A stretch of 64,000 nucleotides of DNA from Azolla caroliniana. Lineage: Eukaryota; Plantae; Polypodiophyta. This document shows positions 37,410 to 48,014 of this stretch, one piece after another. Within the stretch, counting starts at the first letter, position 1; each line of letters begins with the position of its first letter. The stretch is from NCBI GenBank assembly GCA_043228905.1, contig JBHGNT010000004.1, positions 25,172,001-25,236,000 on the forward strand, given 5' to 3'. Below the pieces are notes generated by a model that was not told the origin of the DNA, ran no database searches, and saw nothing but the letters and a program-made list of their open reading frames with translations. The position numbers and the translations under genes were made by a program.

Positions 37410-39212
37410 TCACAAAACAGTGAGCGACGAGAAAAAATTGCCTTGAAACACCACCACAGGATCTTTCAGCCCAAAGCTCAGTTTTGAGACAAAAGATGAT
37501 TGAGCTCTAACAGATTGCAAAGGTTGCAACGATTCCAAGACAACCATCGCCCCGCGATACCTGAAAACAACAAATGCATTGATCCTCTTTAAGTAGCTCA
37601 CACATAACATGTGAATGATGAATACATGCATACCCATTGATAGCTATTAAAATTCAGATCCATAGCATGATCCAATACAAGCATGAATGAACAGTAGATA
37701 CAAAGGATATGAATCGGGAGGTGAAGTACAATGCTTCAGATCTAACAGGATAAGAATTGTATGCATATTGCAATGCCATAAACATCACGTTACATTAAAG
37801 AAGGGACATGGTTAGAAATATTTTTATAGCATACATAATAACAATTCTTCAACCTTAAAACAATTTATAGAGCAACGTAAAAACAGGTTTACACTTGTAG
37901 CAAACAAAAATATGCGACTTGCTATAAGGAGATAACCAAGGGCAACTCAACAAGATTGCAGTTCTATATATGCCTTATGAGGAACCCAACCCTAAGAATG
38001 AGCAAGCTCTAGGGTAATGAGTGATATTGAGGCAAGCATACCATACATTACATTTCGAGACCATAGTAACATCAAGATTCAAGATTCAAGATTAATGATA
38101 TAGCGAACAGTTCGCAGCTTCAAGCCTCACAGTCTATTGATTTAATCAATGTGCCAATGTGAGAGAGACTCCACGACACACATTAACAGAGGGACAAAAG
38201 AAATCTGACGCCACATATAGTAGCTTCTAGCAATCATTCAATCCTCAACAATACAACAGAGGGTGAGAGAGACTGAAAAGTATGCACAGTAACAATCCTT
38301 CACAAGAATTCTATGCATATGCCATGCCATAAACATCAAAGAACGGACAACAAAAGGAATTCAAACGCAATGAATTGGAAATATCCTTATCAATTTTCAA
38401 AAAAGCATTTCTTCAATATAGTAGCCAATTTCTGAATTACAGCCGCCTGTTTCTTCTTTGTAGTAGCTGATTTCTTCCGCCATTGCATTAAAGAAAACAT
38501 TTTTGACAACATAAGTAATATCGGCGACCCTCAAAATCTTTTACCAATCAATGTAGAAATATTTGATACCAAAATATGACTTTCAGAAAGACTGTCAAGG
38601 CGTACAACATTTCAACAGTGGTTTAAACCTATATAACAAATTTGATAATGACTACCTTATACTAAAATCCTTAATTCCTGAATATATCTGAGAACCTAAT
38701 GTCTGAAGTATAATGACTGATCTCTTCATTAGAATAAAAAATTTCCATTTATAATGACTAGCTTCTTTATTATGATGACCAAAGCTTTCCAGTATGAGCG
38801 ATATCTTAATTAGAAGAACCAAATGCCTGCAGTATAAGAGCACATTTGGTGACAGTATATGAGCCGAAAACCTATTTGACTCGAAAGATTTCTACATGGG
38901 CATAGACATTATATTTCCATAGATCATGTTGAGTATCGCAGGGGTTGAACAAAAGGAACGAACAGATGAGGGGTGGCTAGAATCAATCAACATGCAATGG
39001 CTAGGGAACAACACAGAGAACAGGGCAGGCAGAGAGCGTGCAGGATCTGACCTTGAGACGGGGCGAGCTGACACTTCCGTCGAAACAAGATGGTGACTTC
39101 GAAGCCGTGAAGAAGAAGAAGAAGAAGAAGAAGTAGTAGAAGAGGACGCCGAGGCAGAGGAGGAAGGAGAAACCATAGATCGAAGAAGCGACAGAGAATG
39201 GCGACGAGACAT
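37410..39212 (-). CDS. NUCLEAR FUSION DEFECTIVE 6-like small organelle-targeted protein; exons 39212-39052 and 37560-~37442 (C-terminal exon uncertain)
   Basis: Ser/Arg-rich transit-peptide-like exon 1 (MSRRHSLSLLRS...ARPVSR) splices in phase (AG|GTCAGA...TTTCAG|G) to YRGAMVVLESLQPLQSVRAQSSFVSKLS...FQG. This resembles the NFD6 motif ESL.PLHSA.A.ARL.S.L...SQG (family assignment from memory). Confidence 0.65.
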
Positions 39213-39317
39213 GGCGGCGCGAGGGGGGAAGAGAGAGAGAGAGAAGTGGGGAGTTTAAAGGCAGAAAGAGAGGTGGGGGGTAGCCATAGCTTTCTCTGTG
39301 TTTCCTTCCTCAAAGGC

Positions 39318-39344
39318 AAAACCCTAAAACCCTAAAACCCTAAA
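39318..39344. promoter_or_regulatory. Triple telo-box, (AAAACCCT)3, 106-130 nt upstream of the NFD6-like ATG
   Basis: AAAACCCTAAAACCCTAAAACCCTAAA contains three overlapping AAACCCTA telo-box motifs. Confidence 0.6.
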
Positions 39345-39369
39345 GAGAGATTCCTAGGATGATCTAAAC

Positions 39370-41300
39370 CTACCATCCACGTTTGGTCGCCCATCCGAGT
39401 TTAATTGTGGTCGCCCAACCGATTTATCAGGTTGCCCAACCGCATGTATCCATACATTTTTGTGGGTCGCCCAATCGCCGACTATAAAACCCTGAAACCT
39501 GTCATTCTCTCTCAGTTTTTTCAAACGAGATTGACAGGGCTTTTTGGCGTGAAAGTGATTCAGGCGGCCAGTCGTCGACAAAATCAATTAATCACATCTG
39601 CCATAGCCACCCATATATTTCCCAAGTATGTATTTGTGTTTGTCTCTACTTTTTCTGCACATGTTTTTTGATGTGCACGGATTCTTTATGTCGAGGGATT
39701 AGGGTTCAGGAGAAGGTTTAGGGTTTAGCTTGATATTATGATTTTTAGAAACGATTTAGGGTTTGGCTTGATCCAGTGATTAGGTTATTTTCCAGAAACT
39801 ATTTGGAAACTGTTTAGTTTATTGATCATTGATAAAGCATTATTGATTATTGATTATTAAGGGTTTAGGGATCAATGCTTTGCTTGATTAAATATAATAT
39901 TGGGTGTCCTTGAGTATTAAATTCAAAAAATGTTTAATTTCTTATTTACTATTTTACGTCATTTCTATATGTTTTCTTTTCCTTGAATTAGGGTTTAATT
40001 TTTTTGGTGTAAAACATGTCATTTTCACGTCGAGGGTTTAGGGTTCGGGATTATGTTTAGGGTTTTACTTGATTAGTGATTGAACAGAAAATGTTTAGGG
40101 TTTTGCTTATGCTTAATCATGTAGATGGTTGTCAGGTCCAAGTACAAAGAGTGGTGGGATTCTGATAACGGTGGCATATATCCAACCGAAGAGTGGTATG
40201 TCACGAACCAATTTTGATTGCTCGTGGTAATAATGTGTGATGCATGTATATTGATCAATGATTTGTTGAAGGGTTTATTGCCAGAATTCAGATAATAACA
40301 CGTGTCGATTCATGGTGAAACAATGTAAAAAGGGGAGGATATCTACCGAATAGTGTGGTGTGTCCATTGATACAACAAAGGCTCAAAAGACGTCCGACAT
40401 CTCGACGCCACTGAGATGGAGATGGGCGAAAATGTGTGGATCCAAACTCCAGACAAACAATTTGCCAGGTTGATAATTTGTGGATTACAATTTGTATCCT
40501 ACTATCCATCATTAAGTGTGGCTCAATTCATAATGCATGCATGTTTCTATGTATACAGGTACCAACTAACCAACGCATGGCTTGATATCGTCGTTGACGT
40601 TATAGAGTCAAAACTTGAGACGATGTGCAAGGATGGAGAAATGGCATCCACATGGACGACGACATTATTCACCATGTGGATGGAGTACCGCTACGACATG
40701 AGGTGTCAGAACGGTTCACCGTAGTCGACCCACTATAGGTGCAGTTACACAAGCAAACGACGAAGGGGCAAGACATCCTCGTGAAGGTGGCCGAACGTGA
40801 TTTTATCTTCATATCAATTGTCGTAGAGGGCCATTGGATGTTGTGGACAAAGAAGTGAAACAAAGTTTCTAAGTTGACCATTGCAATAGTCTTCTGCAAT
40901 CCACTAAACAACGAGGCGACTGGCACCATGCGGAGTCTTGGAGATATCGCGATTCGGACCATTTCTAGTGAACTGTCAGACCACACCATTGGGTTGGAGG
41001 GTCGCCATCATGTATTGCACATCCTGTTGGGATTGTGGCTTTTACGTGATGAAGACTATGCAAATGTTGGTTGAGGAGTTCTTACAAGGATGGATATCTT
41101 CGGCTTTTATAAGTGTGATCAAAGGTTGGGAACCAGTTAGTATTTTGTATCCCTTACAGACAACACACACACATAGATCAGAAATAGACCCTCAAAATAT
41201 GTTGATCTGCTCCCATGAATCAATAAAAAAACAGGTTTTTTGGTCCGCCCAGCATCTCGATACTCTAGTAGAAACACCTCTGTGATGAAGAAGCTCACTC
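39370..41300 (+). mobile_element. DNA-transposon relic carrying a degenerate Ulp1 (peptidase C48) fragment
   Basis: Frameshifted pieces YQLTNAWLDIVVDVI (~40560), DFIFISIVVEGHWML (~40800-40845) and WDCGFYVMKTMQM (~41030) match Ulp1 His and Cys motifs. The left part has subterminal-like repeats GGTCGCCCA (x4, 39385-39475) and many TAGGGTTT motifs. Boundaries approximate. Confidence 0.6.
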
Positions 41301-42738
41301 TACCACCATGGTTGCATCAAGGATGAAGATGAAGGTGGTGAAGGGATTGGTATGTCCTTAAGCTTATCTGTGTGTGTGTGTGTGCGCGCGCGCTTGTGGG
41401 TTTGGCTCTGTGTGTCCATAACTTTGTTAACCCTTCTCCTTAATAGGAAAGTCAACATGCAGATGTTGAGAGAGAGAATGTGATACTGAGGCCTAGGGCA
41501 CATGCCGCACAACCACGATACAATTGTCAAGAGAATATTGTGTGATCTTTGGTCGAAGTCGAATTGGTTTCTGCCAACTGTCACATTAGCAAGGACTTCA
41601 ATTCTTAATGTGTCAAAGGGGGCTTCACAACTATTTGATGTGATGAGCTCCATCTACTTGTCCTGGTCGACTCGACCCCACAACATGTTGTCTCATAAGC
41701 ATATTGCCATCCACTCTAGCACCCCTTTCCAACATTTGGGTTTGGGATTTTTTCACTACACAATGACTATGTTGGCTCTTTTCACATGGAAACCTTATAA
41801 AACTGACACCTCGACAATTGGAAGGCTATATTCATCTGTGAACCACACATAGGATGTGAATTGGAAATGGGGGAACAATGCATCAAATCCTAGAATAGAA
41901 CCATCGTCAAAATCAAGCACAGTGTAAACACACAAGTAAATGGACATTTTGATGTAAGATTTGTAGACGAAACAAGCATCACAACCTCATAATAGGTCCA
42001 TCATCAAATGTCAACACATTGAATTATCTCCAAGAACTAATTAGTAGCCTCACAAGGTTATACAACAGCAACATAAAGCAAAACTTTGGGAGAGAACCCA
42101 CACTCAAACCTTGCCATGGGCTTGGCCTCAACCATTTGCTCATATCAATATCCCTCTACCTCCAACAACACGTCATCGAAAACGAGACTATAAGCAAGCT
42201 ATTTCACCTTGAATTTGGTGGGAAGAAATTTATGTGCAATGGTTGCTTCACCAATTTCTAATGCTTTGATTTAATGTGCCTACTTATCACGTATTTATAC
42301 AATCCATGAAATGAAATGATTTGCCAACTATCAATAAGGTTTACATTTCAATCAACATGCATTCATAATTGCAATCCTTACCAATATATATTTACATACC
42401 TGAGTTGTGATTTACTACTTTATCTATACATTTGCACTTGATCATGTGTTGTTTAGGCACTTCAGTCCAATTAATTACATCTATCATGACCAACAATTCA
42501 AATCACCCATCTTCTATTTTAAAAAACACTCAAATAATGTGAGGGTATAAACACAAATAACATGCGGTTAAAGAGTGAACTTCGGGATGTTGGAGATCTC
42601 CACTTTAAATTAGGAGAAATGAGGAGCATAGGAGCCTCCTCTACACAAGATAGGAGCCCTTTTGTGTAGAGGGGGCTCCTACATTTTCTATCAATACAAC
42701 ACAAGCTCGTGAGACTCGAGGAAAGAATATGCTTTGGC

Positions 42739-43704
42739 TTACAAGGTAACTAACGGTTTCCATTCACCACTTGCCTTTGCCAGTGTCACCCCAATACAAG
42801 CATCGATGAAGTCATCTTCGACAAAATCCGACGAGAATATTTGGAGACGGTCACCCAATCCTTTCTTGAAAGCTTGCGATATGAAGAGCCTCGCAAAGGG
42901 TTGTATACGAGAAGTGATAGGTTTCACACACGCGATTGTGCTACTTGCTTGTGGAGTGCATGTGTTTTCGACTCTATAGAAGTAGTCCCTCACATACACT
43001 GGGGGTTGTTGTGCAAGGTAATACATATTATTGAGGAATTTAGTATAAGGAAGATCGGTATCCGTCCAATTATCTCGAAGGTATCGAGAACTCCAAAGAG
43101 GGCTAAATGGAGATGGAGCTGGAGACTTTCTTGGTTTCCAAATGCAAAATACCCTCTTCGGTAGAACTTCACCCAAGGTCTTCTCAAACACGGCTTCATC
43201 TTGTGGAATGAGATAATCATTGAGCTCTTCTACAAGCCATGCATCGAATTCCGGAGGGTCTTCGTGTCCATACTCGGTCCGGACATCAAGTATGATGAAT
43301 TCTGACGTGGTCTCGCTCAAAAAACGCTTCACGGCACTAATCACAACATTGACCTTGTAGCTTGTCAGGATGCCATGGCATATAAATCCATCTTGGTCAA
43401 CCCGTATATCAAACACTCTTACACCTTGTAGGAGCTGTTGGTAGATGGGGAGAGTCTGGCATTGGGCAAATGGTCGGGTTGTATAGGGTAGCCCTATCTT
43501 ATCGGTTGCAGAGTCATGTGTCCCAGGCCACATCACATCCATAACTCTCACCTTGTCGAGGTCTAATTGTGCCGCCATCCATTGGGTCCGATCCGAGGAA
43601 TGGAAATCACATCCCGGGAAATCCGTACCTTCTTTGTCTTGCAGCTCTTCTAGCTCCTTTTCCTCTCCAGCAGCATCTCCAAATGTGACAAGAACACAAC
43701 CCAT
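42739..43704 (-). CDS. PI-PLC X domain-containing (PLC-like phosphodiesterase) protein, intronless CDS
   Basis: Open 321-aa frame from the MGC start, with WPGTHDSAT, FAQCQTLPIYQQLLQGVRVFDIRV, ICHGIL, LDVRTEYGHEDP, DNWTDTDLP, YFYRVENT.TPQ and DRLQIFSSDF. These are motifs of the plant At4g34920-type PLC-like family. Confidence 0.93.
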   Translation of the reverse strand: MGCVLVTFGDAAGEEKELEELQDKEGTDFPGCDFHSSDRTQWMAAQLDLDKVRVMDVMWPGTHDSATDKIGLPYTTRPFAQCQTLPIYQQLLQGVRVFDIRVDQDGFICHGILTSYKVNVVISAVKRFLSETTSEFIILDVRTEYGHEDPPEFDAWLVEELNDYLIPQDEAVFEKTLGEVLPKRVFCIWKPRKSPAPSPFSPLWSSRYLRDNWTDTDLPYTKFLNNMYYLAQQPPVYVRDYFYRVENTCTPQASSTIACVKPITSRIQPFARLFISQAFKKGLGDRLQIFSSDFVEDDFIDACIGVTLAKASGEWKPLVTL

Positions 43705-43887
43705 GCCCTTATCTAAGAAGGTTGTGTGCATTCATTTTACGAATATGCTCCCTCCCTCCTGCATTCACCTTTTATACATTGCCCATTATTAGAACTGCTT
43801 TTCATGGTTCTACTAAACTAATAATGCAAATTAAAAGAACACAAGGCCAAAGTAACCTCGTGTTATCGGCCATTGCCCTGTCCTCGT

Positions 43888-44076
43888 GTTATCCCTATCC
43901 CACATCACCAACATGGTTTAGCGGCTCAGGTATCTAGCCCTTTCAATATCATGAAACCCTAGGTCTATTGCCCATTGTCCTGGCATTAAGGATACCCATA
44001 TCCCTATCCCACATCACCGACATGGTTTAGTGGCTCAGGTATCTAGCCCTTCCAATATCATGAAACCCTAGGTCTA
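43888..44076. repeat. ~80-bp direct duplication upstream of the PI-PLC gene, followed by degenerate related units to ~44500
   Basis: TATCCCTATCCCACATCACC.ACATGGTTTAG.GGCTCAGGTATCTAGCCCTT.CAATATCATGAAACCCTAGGTCTAT occurs twice. Confidence 0.9.
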
Positions 44077-45533
44077 TGTTCATACCATAGCCATCCAACA
44101 TTGTGGTCAATGGACCGAATCTCAAGCATTAACGACTCCATTAAGGTTAGATTATGCCCACTCACCATAGACATCTAGTCCCTAGATCATGGATCTATGT
44201 CTGAGACCACAGGCATCCGGACTATCTCCTGCTATATGGCCACCCACAAGTGACAAAACCATGGATCAAGCTTTGACCTTACTAACTTACTCTTTGACAT
44301 AGATATCTATGTCTAAACCATTGCCGTCGAGAGACTCTTTATGGTTAGCTATCCCTTTACATATCATGAAAGTGTAAATCTCTGGTTTGATTGGTTCCTT
44401 ATGTTTAGCTATGCCTTTATATGCCATGAAACTTTAGATCTATGGACTGAGGCTATGTAAGTCAGAGGTCTATGTTGAGACCCCATGGCTGCCAAGGAAA
44501 CACCGTTGATGATGGTCAATCAACCTCTTTGTGTTGGCCCTTTCCTATACCAAGAATAACACCCAGAATTCTATGTCAATACAATAGCCATCCAAACTTG
44601 TGTTCACACCCATAGCCATCAGGTATTATGTCTCGCCAGTCATTGCAACCGAACACCTCTCCTCCCTCGGTCACTACGATTTCTGACTTGTTTTTGTGAG
44701 AAATTTTGAAGATTTGTCATTGGTTTTATTTGGGTAGCCATTTTTCCATGATGAATCAATAGAGACTTGTTTAAAGTTTAGTTTTTCATGTAATCTCTTT
44801 GTGCTTACGTCTGATCTTGATTTACAGAATCAGAAAAGCTAATGACAGGGTATAATTATAAACAGAAACAGACAGAGAAAGGCAGAGAGAGAAATCAAAC
44901 CTTTTTGAATTTTCGCTCTGATTCAGGATCTGGGTTATCAAGGGAAGATCCAAATTGTATCTTGAAACAGGGGTAGACTGAAAAAGGAACAATAAAGTGA
45001 ACCAAAAACAACACACAATTAGTGTTCGTGGAAGGAGAATGAGAAATGAATGAGAGAACAGAAAAGGGGGCACGAGGTATCCATTATTTCTCTCTGTGCG
45101 TCACACAAGAAAGCCATTGTTCTTGTGATTTGAAATGTTTGGTCTTCATATTCTAACTCTGCTTCTCTGTCTCTGTATCTGTGTCACAATTGTCCTTCTT
45201 CTCCTGCTTATTATTGGAGATGGTGTCATTGTCATGGGTTGGACAGAAGAAAAGAGGCATGGCAATGGCGGGGTCCGGATGGACACACGAGACCATTGCG
45301 GGGGGTGCGAGAACTTGGGCGGCCGGTCAATAAAGCCCCCTTTAGGTTCCCGATGATCCAAACACCTTCCTTGGCAAACATGCTAGGTTTAGTGTGAGGA
45401 CTCCCGACAAATGTCCGCATTGATGTGAAACGTGTCGTGATTGGTGAAGTTTTTTCGTGCTTGATGCTATGAAACATTGTTGAATGGTCGTGAATGCCAC
45501 ATATCATCGTCCGAATTCCGAGATACTTCTTCA

Positions 45534-45587
<54 letters not shown>

Positions 45588-47148
45588 TGAGCTTTGAATA
45601 CTCGGATTGCATCCATTATGAAGTTTGAAACCACACTTTTTTATGTGTTATCCTTGCACAAAAAGTTGCACACTTTTTGTTTTGGCATCTTCGCACATTT
45701 ACAGCTTTGACATGTTCCATCGAGGCCATCTCATATTTGAGCACGATGAAATTAGGAAACATGCTCACATCTTTGACATTGATGATTCATTTCATATTGG
45801 TGATTGCTTTATATTTTTTTTTACATTTTTTCGAGTCATGTTCCTTTTTGTGGTGCATAACCTTTTGGGAAGATCATTGGAAACTTGAAACTAATTCTGC
45901 TAACTTCTTATGTCGATGTCGTGATTGAACTTGTAACTTGCCCAAGCTTGCTTTAACGTCTAGTTTTATATCATTAAAGTGGGACCTTTATGGTGTAACA
46001 TCTTGCATTGTCTTGTCCATTTCATAGGACCATTTACTGTTATCAAATGTATACATTTTCCTCTTCACATTTTTTGTGAGAACATTTTGTTTCATAGTAA
46101 CTCAACCCGAGCCATCAATCCAAAGCCTAGTCATGTAGTGTGTATGATACCGACCAACGATGAAACATATAACACAATCCTACACAATCAAAAGTTGGAG
46201 TATATCTCGTAGATTGTTGCAAATTGCGAGACTTCCCAAATGACCAAATGACGTGTCATTGAAAAGTTAACGTGAGATCTCGCATGTAATTAATGATAAA
46301 GTTGGGCTGCAATGAAAATTGTGGAATATTCCAAGGAATCTCAAATATCTTTTGAACAACGTAAGACAAAAAATCACGTTACCATATAACTAGGGCTTAT
46401 GTTGAGAATGCATGGAGCGAAACCATCTACTACTTTTTTAAAAGAAATGATGGGTGCAATTTAGCTTCTATTCCAATATGTTTCAAAAGTGCTACAATAA
46501 ACAAGAATCGATTATTTTGAACCTAGAGTCTAAAGATGTGGAACACTCGTACTTGCGCTCGATCTCAAAACTTTGTTGTGGAAATGCTTTTTCCTCCTCG
46601 AAAATAACCCCTCAATCACGTTGTCAATAGCTTTTTGATATTTAAATCTTTTTGTACATAGAAAACAATTATTTTCTATCTTCCGATATTTACAAATGAA
46701 AATATTAATATTCGTTGTTGTTGTTGTTGTTTGGTACCATTTTGCAAAGTCCCCTTTGGTCAAAATGTCACAACATAAAACCTTTCTATCAACTTATTCA
46801 CTCTCCAATTCAACCATATGAGTTGGGTCAACTTGGCATGAAATTTCAATAAGCTCTCCTTTAAAACCACCCTATCCAAATGTGTCAGCCAAATCATTGA
46901 AAACAAATGTCCTTGAAATAGTTTAGTTTGGTATCAGTCAATGATAAAAAAAAATGGAAGTTGCGACTCGCGCATGCTATGTATTCTACAGAGGTGTGGC
47001 AATCTATAATTTGATGTGGTAATGTTGAGTTGTATACCATATCTCACATGCACATGGTGTACATATTTTATATGTGCTCACACAAAATAAGCAACCAATA
47101 TGGCGAAAATCTCAACACCAAACCATTGGTGCAAGGATATCCCATAAT

Positions 47149-48014
47149 CCCACTACATCAAATTTATTTTTTTTCCAAAAAAGAGATATTACATTAGTAT
47201 TAGAATACGCCATAAGGCTAAACATACAAGATATATAACCGATCCCCTATGTTTTTCTAAATTCTAACCATCGGCTTAAATAAACCCTTTGGTGTTTAGT
47301 AGAACCACTCCACCTTATCAAAACGTTGTCTATAAAATATACCTATGTCCCAAATGGCATGAAACTCCACACGCCTAAGCTCCGCTTGATGCGTATTACC
47401 TTTTATACTATCCAAAATCCCTTTGAGATTATGCATAATCTCTATCCAAATTCCCGACATTATTTGGGCAGGTCTTTTGGTCATATTTTGAAATACCCTC
47501 AAACATCGAGCCTTCCAAATATGCCAAATTGTAATACTACTTACCAATTGCCATATTTGAGGTTTATCAGTTTGTATTTGTGGATTTAGAGGGGTCAATT
47601 TTTTCCATCAAACCATGTCTCATCATAATAACATCTGCAACCTCCTCCTATTCATATACCATCAGTTTATCAAGTACCACCGCCCATAATATTGCACCCC
47701 ATGTGTACACTGTTGTAGGATATATTGGAGTTAATAAATTTATGATTTGTTTCCATATGTCCAGAGCAAAACCACAACGCCACAAACAATGTTTAGCAGT
47801 CTCTATTACATATGTACAGAAAGGGCACATCTTGTCTACACCCATTAACTGGTATAGCATTATGAACCAACAACCATCGAAAACAAACAATTTTCCTACT
47901 CATCTTTATACCCCATAACCATTTCCAAAATTGTTTAAGATGTCGTGGAGAAAGTTCATTTCGTCTGCAAACAACATTTGCAGTTGGTTCTTTCCATGAT
48001 CCCCACTACATCAA
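47149..48014 (-). mobile_element. 5'-truncated L1-like LINE (zf-RVT/ORF2 C-terminus) with poly(A) and 13-bp TSD
   Basis: CPFCTYVIETAKHCLWRCGFALDIW and IWQLVSSITIWHIWKARCLRVF. T-run at 47167-47174. TSD CCCACTACATCAA at 47149-47161 and 48002-48014. Confidence 0.9.

Noticed and set aside
37379-37441. Micro-exon directly after the NFD6-like GC donor
   Set aside because: It would need a 41-nt intron, below the usual plant minimum.
45160-45260. TGGACAGAAGAAAAGAGGCAT resembling miR156/157 with a CT-rich partner arm
   Set aside because: About 7 mismatches to miR157, it is on the 3' arm, and the pairing is explained by low-complexity GA/CT sequence.
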